Assembly (NCBI GenBank): GCA_028700115.1
Contig: JAQVTI010000008.1
Span: forward strand, 5,461-37,460
Length of the DNA stretch: 32,000 bases
Direction: 5' to 3'
Origin: Candidatus Iainarchaeum sp.
GTDB taxonomy: Archaea; Iainarchaeota; Iainarchaeia; Iainarchaeales; CSSED10-239
The position numbers were made by a program, and so were the translations under genes. Positions within the stretch are counted from its first letter, which is position 1. Every line of letters starts with the position of its first letter. Below, in pieces: positions 18,230-26,706 of this stretch. Below the pieces are notes generated by a model that had not been told where the DNA came from, did not search any database, and was given only the letters and a program-made list of their open reading frames with translations.

Positions 18230-18362
18230 TTATTTTATTATAAAACACATTCTTTTTAAACCTTTATTGTTATATAATATATTAGTGGACACTAATTTTT
18301 AATATTTAATAAAAATTAATAATTTATAAATAATAAAATTAAATTTAGAGAAGTGATTAAAA

Positions 18363-18650
18363 ATGGAAATACCAAAAGAAATTAAAGGATATTGTAAAAA
18401 ATGTAAAAAACATACATTATTAAAATTAAAAGCATATAAACCTAGAAAAGCAAGAGCAAATTCAAAAGGAACCAGAAAAAATATTGAAAAGCATAAATCT
18501 GGTTATGGTGGAAAAGCAAAATTAATTGCAACTGTTAAAAAACAAAATAAAAAACCAGTTTTTATGGCAGAATGTAGTGAATGTAAAGGAAAACAATATT
18601 TTGTAATCCCTAAAAAAATGAAAAAAGTTGAATTTAAAGGACAACATTAA
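18363..18650 (+). CDS. rpl44e: 50S ribosomal protein L44e (eL42)
   Basis: MEIPKEIKGYCKKCKKHTLLK..., KSGYGGK, CSECKGKQ...; GTGAT SD just upstream. Confidence 0.96.
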   Translation: MEIPKEIKGYCKKCKKHTLLKLKAYKPRKARANSKGTRKNIEKHKSGYGGKAKLIATVKKQNKKPVFMAECSECKGKQYFVIPKKMKKVEFKGQH

Positions 18651-18731
18651 TTTCCTTTATTTTTTTATTTATAAATTCTAATTTTTAAAAAAGAAAAACC
18701 TTTATAAACTAATTTTATAAATATATTTATT

Positions 18732-19388
18732 ATGATAAAAATAGATAAATATTATAAATTTATAGGAGCTACTTTTGGAATTGCATATTTTATAGGAATG
18801 ATATTTGCTTTATTTTATATTTATAAAGGAATAGAAATTACAAATACAATTAATTTCATAAATAATTTGGCTTTAAGTGGAAAAACATATTTTAGTAATA
18901 TTTTCAAAACACAAATAAATAATACAATACAATTAATGATTATACCTTTTAGTTATTTAATATATTCTGTAAAAATTGGATTTTCACATATATCTTTATT
19001 AACATCTTCTTTTTTAGGACAAATTAAATTATTAGTAGAATTAATCCCACAAATTTTTTATTTTATAGCATATATTATATATTCAACAATTGGACTTAAA
19101 ATAATTTTATTTATTATAAAAATAATTACAAATAAATTTTTAAAAAATAAAAAAATAAAATATATTTATTTATACAAAACAGATATAAAAATAGCATATA
19201 TTGGTTTTATTGCAATAATAATAGGTACAATAATTCAAACACACCTATCTAAAATTTTATTTATATTTTTAATTAATTTAAAATCTATGGTTTATATATT
19301 TATAATAATAGTATATATATTTTTAATATTTATATGCTTATTTACAATTTATAAAATAATTAAAAATATTTTAGAAAATAATATTTAA
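18732..19388 (+). CDS. Multi-TM membrane protein, possibly SpoIIM-like
   Basis: 218 aa hydrophobic protein; FKTQINNTIQLMIIPFSYLIYS... LLVELIPQIFYFIAYIIYS weakly recalls the SpoIIM (NN... / lipHgifE) pattern. Confidence 0.6.
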   Translation: MIKIDKYYKFIGATFGIAYFIGMIFALFYIYKGIEITNTINFINNLALSGKTYFSNIFKTQINNTIQLMIIPFSYLIYSVKIGFSHISLLTSSFLGQIKLLVELIPQIFYFIAYIIYSTIGLKIILFIIKIITNKFLKNKKIKYIYLYKTDIKIAYIGFIAIIIGTIIQTHLSKILFIFLINLKSMVYIFIIIVYIFLIFICLFTIYKIIKNILENNI

Positions 19389-19397
19389 GTGATAAAA

Positions 19398-21914
19398 ATG
19401 AGTTTAGATTTTTCAAAAAATATAATTGTTGGAAGAAAAGAAAGTCATATTGAAAAATATGGAGAAAAAGCAACAGGGTATATTGGAAAAGTTGTAGTTT
19501 CTGGGGGAGAAGATCCTGTTTTAGGAAAAAAAATATTAATGGATTTATCTAGATCACACGTAGCAATTATATGTGGAAAACGTGGTGGAGGGAAATGCCT
19601 TCATGAAGATACATTAATAACTTTAGATGATGGAAGAGAAATAAAAATTAAAGAATTAGAAAAAAATAAAAATAAAGTTCTTTCAATAAATAAAAATTTA
19701 AATATAATTTCTAATAAAAAAGATGAATTTTTTAAAAGAAATGTAAAAAGTATGCTTAATGTAAAATTAAGAAGTGGAAAAGAACTAAAATTAACAAAAG
19801 AACATCCTTTATTTACAATTAATGGATGGGAACCTATTAATAAATTAAAGAAAGGATCTAGAATAGCAACACCTAGAATAATTAATAATTTTGGAAATAA
19901 AAAAATTACTTTAGAAGAAATAAAACTAATTGCATATTTATTATCAGAAGGTAATTTATCTAATAATTTAGTATTATTTAATAATACTGATAAAAAAATA
20001 ATAGATGATTTTAAAAAAAGTATAAAAAAATTTGATAAAAATTTACTTATAAAAAAACATAGTGACTTTGATTTCAGAGTAATTAAATCAAAAAAAAGTA
20101 AAGAAAAAAGTAGTATTAGAAAATATTTAGATAAAATTAAAATTTACGGAAAATTAGCTCATGAAAAAGAAATTCCTTCACAAATATTTCAATTATCTAA
20201 AAAAGATTTAAGCTTATTTCTAAATAGAATGTTTAGTTGTAATGGATGCATATGCTATGATATAAATAAGAAAGCATGGAGTATAAATTATTCTACATCA
20301 TCTAAAAAAATGTCATTTCAAATACAAAGTTTACTTTTAAAATTTGGAATATTATCAAAAATTAGAACTAAAAAAATAAAAAAAAGACTTAATTATGAAA
20401 TAGTCATATTAAAACAAGATAATTATAAATATATTAAAGAAATTAATTTTTTTGGAAATAAAAAAGAAAAATCAAAAAATATAAAAATTAAAAAAAATAA
20501 TAACCTAAATATAGATACAATTCCTAAAGAATTATGGAATACATATAAGATTAAAAACTTTACAAAAATAGGAAAACAATTTGGATATAAAGTACCTAAA
20601 TCTTTTAGAACTTGTGTAAATTATTCTCCTTCAAGACAAGAACTTAACAAAATTGCAGATATTGAAAAAAATAAAAATTTAAAAAATTTAGCAAATTCAG
20701 ATATATTCTGGGATGAAATAATAAATATTAAAGAAATTAAAGGAAATTTTACTGTTTATGATATAACTGTTCCAGAAACACATAATTTTATTGCAAATAA
20801 TATTATAGTACACAATAGCTACACTATGTCTGTAATTATGGAAGAATTTGCAAAACAACCATTTGAAATAAAAGAAAGACTTTCTGCAATTATAATAGAT
20901 ACTGTTGGAATTTTTTGGACTATGAAATATGAAAATAAAGAACTCCCACAAGACTTATTAGATAAATGGGATTTAAAAGCAAAAGGAATTGAAATTAGAA
21001 ATATGATTCCTTTTGGGAAAAAAAATTTTTATGAAAAAAAAGAAATACCTTTTGACCAACCTTTTTCAATTAAGACATCTCAAGTAGACTTAGAAGATTG
21101 GCTTGCTTTATTTAGGCTTACTTGGAAAGACCAAGAAAGTTCTCTTCTATCAAGATCAATTGAAGAGATTAGAAAAAAAGTAGGAAACTTATATGATATT
21201 GATGACATTATAACAATTTCTCAGAAAGATACAGAAACTACAAAAGAAACAAAAGATTCTTTAATTGGTAGATTAAAAGTTGCAAAATCATGGGGGCTAT
21301 TCTCAAAACAAGGAACAAGTATGAAAGATTTTGCAAGAGCAGGAACAATTACAACAATTGATGTTTCTACCTATAAACAAGCAATTGGAATGGAATCAAT
21401 CCAAGAATTAATAGTTGGTCTTTTAGGAAAAAGATTATATGAAGAAAGAATGCTTTATAGAAAAGAAGAAGAAAAAAATTTACTAATAGGTAAAAAAAAA
21501 GAAAGTGAAATGCCAATTGTTTGGATGATGATTGATGAAGCACATATGTTTATGCCTCAAGACAGACCAAGTATGGCACTAGATGTATTATTACAATGGA
21601 TTAGAGTTGGAAGACAACCTGGACTTTCTTTACTTCTTGCAACCCAAAGACCAAACAAATTACACTCTGAAGCAATATCTCAATGTGATTTCTTTTTAAG
21701 TATGAGAATGACTGCTCAAGAAGATATACAAGCAGTTTCTGCAATTAGACCAAGTTATTTAAAAATTCCAATGGATAAATATTACGCACAAATGCCAAAA
21801 ACACAAGGTTTTGCAATCTTAGTAGATGATAATTCTGAAAAAGTTATGATGCTTAAAATAAGACCTAGAATAACATGGGATGGAGGAAAAACTGCTAATG
21901 TTTTTTCTGATTAG
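19398..21914 (+). CDS. herA: HerA-family DNA translocase/ATPase containing an intein in the Walker A motif
   Basis: GKRGGGK//SYTMSVIMEEF split P-loop; LVVMMIDEAHMFMP-type Walker B (PIVWMMIDEAHMFMPQDRPS), RQPGLSLLLATQRPNKLHSEAISQCDFFLSMRMT. Start ATG 19398; the GTG at 19389 is the SD. Confidence 0.95.
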   Translation: MSLDFSKNIIVGRKESHIEKYGEKATGYIGKVVVSGGEDPVLGKKILMDLSRSHVAIICGKRGGGKCLHEDTLITLDDGREIKIKELEKNKNKVLSINKNLNIISNKKDEFFKRNVKSMLNVKLRSGKELKLTKEHPLFTINGWEPINKLKKGSRIATPRIINNFGNKKITLEEIKLIAYLLSEGNLSNNLVLFNNTDKKIIDDFKKSIKKFDKNLLIKKHSDFDFRVIKSKKSKEKSSIRKYLDKIKIYGKLAHEKEIPSQIFQLSKKDLSLFLNRMFSCNGCICYDINKKAWSINYSTSSKKMSFQIQSLLLKFGILSKIRTKKIKKRLNYEIVILKQDNYKYIKEINFFGNKKEKSKNIKIKKNNNLNIDTIPKELWNTYKIKNFTKIGKQFGYKVPKSFRTCVNYSPSRQELNKIADIEKNKNLKNLANSDIFWDEIINIKEIKGNFTVYDITVPETHNFIANNIIVHNSYTMSVIMEEFAKQPFEIKERLSAIIIDTVGIFWTMKYENKELPQDLLDKWDLKAKGIEIRNMIPFGKKNFYEKKEIPFDQPFSIKTSQVDLEDWLALFRLTWKDQESSLLSRSIEEIRKKVGNLYDIDDIITISQKDTETTKETKDSLIGRLKVAKSWGLFSKQGTSMKDFARAGTITTIDVSTYKQAIGMESIQELIVGLLGKRLYEERMLYRKEEEKNLLIGKKKESEMPIVWMMIDEAHMFMPQDRPSMALDVLLQWIRVGRQPGLSLLLATQRPNKLHSEAISQCDFFLSMRMTAQEDIQAVSAIRPSYLKIPMDKYYAQMPKTQGFAILVDDNSEKVMMLKIRPRITWDGGKTANVFSD
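19596..20816 (+). mobile_element. Intein (407 aa) with LAGLIDADG/DOD homing-endonuclease domain inside HerA
   Basis: Starts CLHEDTLITLDDGREIKIKEL (block A), KLTKEHPLFTINGWEPINKL (block B), endonuclease blocks LIAYLLSEGNL and FLNRMFSCNGCI, ends FTVYDITVPETHNFIANNIIVHN followed by Ser (+1). Confidence 0.96.
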
Positions 21915-23433
21915 CTTTTTTTCTTTTTTTATAATTAGAATGAATTTCAGAAATTAATTTTTCTACAATTTGTTTTTCTGAAGATTTAATATCTTCAATT
22001 AGTTTATTTAATTTATTATTTTTATTATTTCTATTATTTTTATGCTTTTTTCTATATTGCTTCAATAACTTTTTTTCCTCAGAAGATAAATAAAAGAAAA
22101 AATATTTTAAAGAATAAAAAACTGGTCTTTGAAATAAAATTTTTTTATAAATATTTATTTTATTAAGATTAGGGTCTTCTATTCTTCTTGCAAAAAAGTA
22201 TGCAATTAATCTAAAAAATGCAGATATAATTAAAACTAAAATTAATGCATTTTTTTCATTAATACTAATTTTTTCAAAAAGACTAATTAAAAAAGAACCA
22301 AACAAGGTTCCTAAAAAAACAGCAGTAGATTGAACAATTGTAAAATATGCAGAATGATCCATTAAGTCTTCTTTTATATTTCTATAAAGATAATTTATAA
22401 TAGATAAATTAAAACCAGATAAAACAACCCCACTAAAAAATGAAGTTAAAATTAAAACCCAATAATAATTATAAAACAAAGCAGGAAGCAAAACAAATAA
22501 AGGTACAAACAAAGAACATGCTCTAAATATTTTTACATTTCCATATTTATCATTAATATAACCCCAATAAAATAAACTTAAAATACCTCCAAGAATATAA
22601 AATATTTTCCACCAAATATAATGAGAATAATTCATTTTTAAAGAAGTTAAATAAAAATAAGGTAAATAATAACTACCAATATAAAATCCAAAATAAAAAA
22701 TTACTACAAAAATAAGATATTTTAAAAAGACTTTATCTTTAAAAATTTCTTTTTTAACAAAAGCTAAATCTCTTTTTGGAAAATTATCTAGTTCTTCTTT
22801 AAATTCTTTTTTTGTTTGTATTTGACTAATCTTATTTAAATATCTTCCAGATATAAATCTAGAAAATCCAGCAAACATAAAAATTAAAGTAAATCCAATA
22901 AATGCTTCTGAATAACTTTCTAAAACATTTAATAAATATCCAGAAAAAATTAAAGGAATAAATGCAAAAAGTTCAATAATTAAATTTTTTCTTGCAAAAA
23001 GAGAGCCTATTCTCTCAACTGGAAAAACTCTTCTAATCCAATCCATATATACTGGATGAACAACAATACCTAAAGTGTGAATTATTATATAAAATAAGAT
23101 AGAAAGCCAAATTGTAACTTGATTATTAAAATAAATATATAAAACAGATAATGGAAGCCATAAAAAAGCTTGAAGTGTTACAAAAAAAACAACAGCTTGT
23201 TTTTTTGAATCAAAATGTCTTAAAACCTGATAAGATAAAAGTGAAAAAAATGAACCTATAAAAATTGGAAGTGAACTTAAAAGCCCAACTTGAAAAGAAT
23301 TTGCTCCTAAAGATATTACAAAAGGAACTAAAAAAGTTAGAGCAATTGAATTCATAAAAGACCAAAAAATAGAATCTTTTAAAGAATATTTAAAGTCTTT
23401 TCTAATTTGTCTTTCTGTATTTTTAAAAGTCAT
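21895..23433 (-). CDS. Major facilitator superfamily-type transporter
   Basis: 512 aa, about 12 TM helices, WRxxFPVERIGSLFARKN and GNxxGSFLISL-type loops; 20-bp convergent overlap with the herA 3' end. Confidence 0.8.
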   Translation of the reverse strand: MTFKNTERQIRKDFKYSLKDSIFWSFMNSIALTFLVPFVISLGANSFQVGLLSSLPIFIGSFFSLLSYQVLRHFDSKKQAVVFFVTLQAFLWLPLSVLYIYFNNQVTIWLSILFYIIIHTLGIVVHPVYMDWIRRVFPVERIGSLFARKNLIIELFAFIPLIFSGYLLNVLESYSEAFIGFTLIFMFAGFSRFISGRYLNKISQIQTKKEFKEELDNFPKRDLAFVKKEIFKDKVFLKYLIFVVIFYFGFYIGSYYLPYFYLTSLKMNYSHYIWWKIFYILGGILSLFYWGYINDKYGNVKIFRACSLFVPLFVLLPALFYNYYWVLILTSFFSGVVLSGFNLSIINYLYRNIKEDLMDHSAYFTIVQSTAVFLGTLFGSFLISLFEKISINEKNALILVLIISAFFRLIAYFFARRIEDPNLNKINIYKKILFQRPVFYSLKYFFFYLSSEEKKLLKQYRKKHKNNRNNKNNKLNKLIEDIKSSEKQIVEKLISEIHSNYKKRKKANQKKH

Positions 23434-23506
23434 AAGTATTCACAAATATTTTTTATAAAATATAAATACAAGAATAAGTTTATAAAGAAAACATATTTTA
23501 TAAAAA

Positions 23507-23580
23507 TGCTCGAAGGGGGATTCGAACCCCCGTTATCAGAGTGAGAGTCTGATGTGATTACCGAGCTACACTATCCGAGC
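23507..23580 (-). tRNA. tRNA-Glu(CTC)
   Basis: GCTCGGA...TTCGAGC-A acceptor; anticodon arm TCAGA-CTCTCAC-TCTGA; T arm GGGGG-TTCGAAT-CCCCC. Confidence 0.93.
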
Positions 23581-23602
23581 AAAAAAATAAAAAGAAAAAA
23601 AC

Positions 23603-23926
23603 CTATTTAACAAACTCAATTGCAATAGGATATTTATATTTTTCTGAATTACTTGCTTTTACACAACCAATTATTAAAAACACAATATTAGCAATACCTA
23701 TTAAAAATAAAAGTAAAGCACCAATTAATACTATTAATAAAAATATAGAAACTATTACTGCAATAGTAACTGTTATTTGAAAATTTAATGCTGTTTTTGC
23801 ATGTTCTCTTGCAAATTTATTTTTTTTATCAATTACTAAATAAATAATTAAAGGAGCAACAAAACCAGTAAATATTGCAAGTAAATGAGAAAGCATTGCC
23901 ATATTTTTTTCATCAGAACTAACCAT
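23603..23926 (-). CDS. DUF4870/Tic20-like membrane protein
   Basis: NMAMLSHLLAIFTGFVAPLIIYLVIDKKNKFAREHAKTALNFQIT matches the DUF4870 pattern. Confidence 0.85.
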   Translation of the reverse strand: MVSSDEKNMAMLSHLLAIFTGFVAPLIIYLVIDKKNKFAREHAKTALNFQITVTIAVIVSIFLLIVLIGALLLFLIGIANIVFLIIGCVKASNSEKYKYPIAIEFVK

Positions 23927-23957
23927 AATTTTCCCTCCATTTTATAAATTATAAAAA

Positions 23958-24030
23958 TGCCTCGAGCCAGAGTCGGACTGGCGGTCTCCAGATTATGAGT
24001 CTGGCGCTTTAACCACTAAGCTACCGAGGC
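23958..24030 (-). tRNA. tRNA-Met(CAT), elongator-like
   Basis: Acceptor GCCTCGG/TCGAGGC-A; D arm GCTT/AAGC; anticodon arm CCAGA-CTCATAA-TCTGG; T arm GCCAG-TCCGACT-CTGGC. The Ile2 identity cannot be excluded. Confidence 0.9.
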
Positions 24031-24134
24031 AATAAATACAAATTTATTAAAAAAAGATTAAACTCTCACAATTTATATATATCTTTGAAACATTTTATTT
24101 ATATAGCTTTCTCTATATCTTTAAAAAATAAAAA

Positions 24135-24797
24135 CTACCTAGTTTTTGTTATAATTTTATCTTGTTTTTCATCATAAATAAAAACTGTTTCAGCAAGACC
24201 TATAAACAAACCAGTCTCTAAAACTCCTGGTATATTTCTTACAGAAGATTCAAAATCTTCTAAAGATATATTATGATCTAAAGTTAGTCTTGCTAGATAA
24301 TGACCAATTTCGGTTTTTATAAAATCCCCATCTAAATCTTTAACAACTCTTGCAAGTCCATAACTTTGCAAATTTAAAACAGTTCTCTGCCAAGCAAAAG
24401 TACTTATTTCTAAATAGATATCAGTATCTAAATTTTCAACTAAATCTTTTGTAGAAACAACAACTAAATTTAAAGCAGATTGAGCAATCATTTTATCTCT
24501 TATAAAAGAAAAAGTATCTTTTTTAATAAAATTAAAAAAAGAATCTACATGATCTACAAACTCAATTGCAAGATCAATCTCTTTATCATTTAAAGAAATC
24601 ATATCTTGAGATAAATCATGTAAAATTTTTGCTTGTCTTGAAGAAGTAGGTACAAAATATACTTTTAAATCTAAATTTTTTACTTTTTCAACAATATATT
24701 CTAAAAATATTTTTTCTTTCTCAAAACCACCAACTGCTATAATATTATTATTTTTTATAAGTTTTACAAAATTAATTGCAATTAGTTCTAAATTCAT
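24135..24797 (-). CDS. rpiA: Ribose-5-phosphate isomerase A-like protein (divergent active site)
   Basis: VPTSSRQAKILHD, DLAIEFVDHVDSFFNFIK, REK-like IRDKMIAQSA, IPGVLETGLFIGLAETVFI align with RpiA. Confidence 0.75.
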   Translation of the reverse strand: MNLELIAINFVKLIKNNNIIAVGGFEKEKIFLEYIVEKVKNLDLKVYFVPTSSRQAKILHDLSQDMISLNDKEIDLAIEFVDHVDSFFNFIKKDTFSFIRDKMIAQSALNLVVVSTKDLVENLDTDIYLEISTFAWQRTVLNLQSYGLARVVKDLDGDFIKTEIGHYLARLTLDHNISLEDFESSVRNIPGVLETGLFIGLAETVFIYDEKQDKIITKTR

Positions 24798-24883
24798 AAT
24801 TATCTTCTTATTTTAATATATTTAAATAAAAATAATATATACTATAATATTTAAAAAAACATGTATTTTGTTAAAAGAAAGAG

Positions 24884-24890
24884 TTTATAT
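24884..24890 (+). promoter_or_regulatory. TATA-like element of the box C/D sRNA
   Basis: TTTATAT about 25-30 nt upstream of the predicted sRNA 5' end. Confidence 0.45.
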
Positions 24891-24913
24891 TATATTTGCA
24901 CATAAGATATATT

Positions 24914-24973
24914 AGGCAATGATGATATTGAACACCTGCTGATTTCATGATGATAGATGGGCGGGCTGAGCCT
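24914..24973 (+). ncRNA. Box C/D sRNA (2'-O-methylation guide)
   Basis: AGGC stem; C box ATGATGA 24919-24925; guide TATTGAACACCTG; D' CTGA 24939-24942; C' ATGATGA 24947-24953; guide TAGATGGGCGGG; D CTGA 24966-24969; GCCT closing stem. Confidence 0.93.
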
Positions 24974-24994
24974 TTAGAAATTATTTTAAAAAAA

Positions 24995-25186
24995 TTATTT
25001 TTTAGATTCGATTCTAGAAATTCTATTATTTAAAATTTCTATTTTAGACTTTAAAACATCTAATTTTGCATCAGTTGAATTAAAAGGTAAAATTTTTTTT
25101 TCAAATTTTAAAACCCTATTTAAAATAATATTACCTATAAAAAAAGAAATTATTAAAATAAATAAAATAAGAACTAAAACATCCAT
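24995..25186 (-). CDS. Small TM + coiled-coil protein
   Basis: MDVLVLILFILIISFFIGNIILNRVL then ILNNRISRIESKK; start corrected to ATG 25186. Confidence 0.55.
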   Translation of the reverse strand: MDVLVLILFILIISFFIGNIILNRVLKFEKKILPFNSTDAKLDVLKSKIEILNNRISRIESKK

Positions 25187-25207
25187 AAAAATCACAATTT
25201 TAAAAAA

Positions 25208-26041
25208 TTATACAATTTTAAAAACTCCTTTTCTTTTTTCAATAACAAGACAATCTTCTTTTAAAATTTCAATTAATATTTTAGAAATATCTTCAGAAAT
25301 ATTTAAATTAGAAATAACTTTTTCAATCCCAAATTCATTTTCAAAATTAGTTTTTAAAAAAAGGTCTTTAAGATCATTATATAAATCTACAGAAATAATA
25401 TAATAATTAGAATCAAAAGATTTTAAACCAATTATTTCATTGTTCTGAATTTGATTTTTATATTTATCTAAAAATATATTTACATCTTTTTGATTTTTAA
25501 TAATTAAATAATTATTTTCTTTAAATTTATTTAAAATATCAACATCTAAATAATTATTTGAAATATTATTATCTAAAATATTTAATTTATCAAAATCAAT
25601 TTTATATATTCCTTTTTTATATTTATCAGATAATTTAAAAACATTAATTTCTTTATTTTTAAGCATTTCTTTAAAAACTTTTAAATCTTTAAAATTTAAA
25701 AATTTCTCAAAACTGCCTTCAACTTTATCTTTTGAGGTTATATTTTTATCATTTAATAAATCAAATATTTTTTTTTTAATTGATTTATCTTCAAAAGAAT
25801 CATTTTCTAAAATATCAGATTTTTTATAAGATTCTTTTTTAGAAAAATTATTATAAGTAGAATTATCTAAAATAACATCATTTGATAAACCATCTAAATT
25901 ATTATCTAAAGAAACAATTGCTAAAACTTCTTTTGAAATTGGTTTTAAAACTAATTTTTTATTTATAAAATTAGAAAGTAAAAAACAATCATTTCCTTCT
26001 GGATTTAAAAAATAAATATTATCTTTTTTTATAATTTTCAT
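25208..26041 (-). CDS. Hypothetical protein, third gene of the overlapping cluster with the PIN gene
   Basis: 277 aa ORF overlapping the PIN gene by 4 bp (ATGA type). Confidence 0.7.
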   Translation of the reverse strand: MKIIKKDNIYFLNPEGNDCFLLSNFINKKLVLKPISKEVLAIVSLDNNLDGLSNDVILDNSTYNNFSKKESYKKSDILENDSFEDKSIKKKIFDLLNDKNITSKDKVEGSFEKFLNFKDLKVFKEMLKNKEINVFKLSDKYKKGIYKIDFDKLNILDNNISNNYLDVDILNKFKENNYLIIKNQKDVNIFLDKYKNQIQNNEIIGLKSFDSNYYIISVDLYNDLKDLFLKTNFENEFGIEKVISNLNISEDISKILIEILKEDCLVIEKRKGVFKIV

Positions 26042-26706
26042 AAATTATCAACAAACTCATTAATTTCTTCAAAAGAAACACTACAACCTCTAAATTTAAA
26101 AGCATAAAGACTAGCTTTAATATTTTCTTTATTTAAATATAAATCTTTTAAGAGTTTCTTTTTATATGCAAAAGCTAAAAGATCAACTGACCTAATTGCA
26201 TTTACATTCCCAATAAGTTCTTTAAATTTAATATATTTATTTTCATCAAAAGAAATTTTATTAGTATTATTTTTTCTTTTTAAAATTTTTAATAAACCAT
26301 GAGGTTGTTCAATTAACATTCTTGTTGTTCTTTCATCAACTGCTAAATAATTTGCATTTGTTAACCCTAAAAGAGCTAAACATTCTGCCTCTCCAAGTTG
26401 TATTATTTTTAAAGGTCTATTATTTATATAAAACATATTATTTGTTAATTCTAATATTTTTTTTGTAACTTCATCTAATTCTTTACTACCTTTAAAAATG
26501 TTAAAAACATTAAAATTAATTTTTTCTTCAATTCTAATTCCACTAAGCTTAAACCTCATAATTTTTTTAGCTCTTAATACAGATTCATCTAAAACACTAT
26601 TTGTAATTATAAATTCTCCAAGCTCTTTTTTTAAATCTTCAAAAAGACCTAAAAAACAAGTTTCAGAAAAAGTTATTAAAACCCCAGAATCAAATACTAT
26701 CTTCAT
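26038..26706 (-). CDS. PIN-domain-like protein (putative RNase)
   Basis: MKIVFDSGVLITFSE N-terminal Asp, LGEAECLALLGLTNANYLAVDERTTRMLIE acidic cluster. Confidence 0.7.
   Translation of the reverse strand: MKIVFDSGVLITFSETCFLGLFEDLKKELGEFIITNSVLDESVLRAKKIMRFKLSGIRIEEKINFNVFNIFKGSKELDEVTKKILELTNNMFYINNRPLKIIQLGEAECLALLGLTNANYLAVDERTTRMLIEQPHGLLKILKRKNNTNKISFDENKYIKFKELIGNVNAIRSVDLLAFAYKKKLLKDLYLNKENIKASLYAFKFRGCSVSFEEINEFVDNL

Noticed and set aside
19389-21914. Treating 19389..21914 as a novel 841-aa ATPase fusion
   Set aside because: The middle 407 aa is an intein; the mature product is an ordinary-length HerA.
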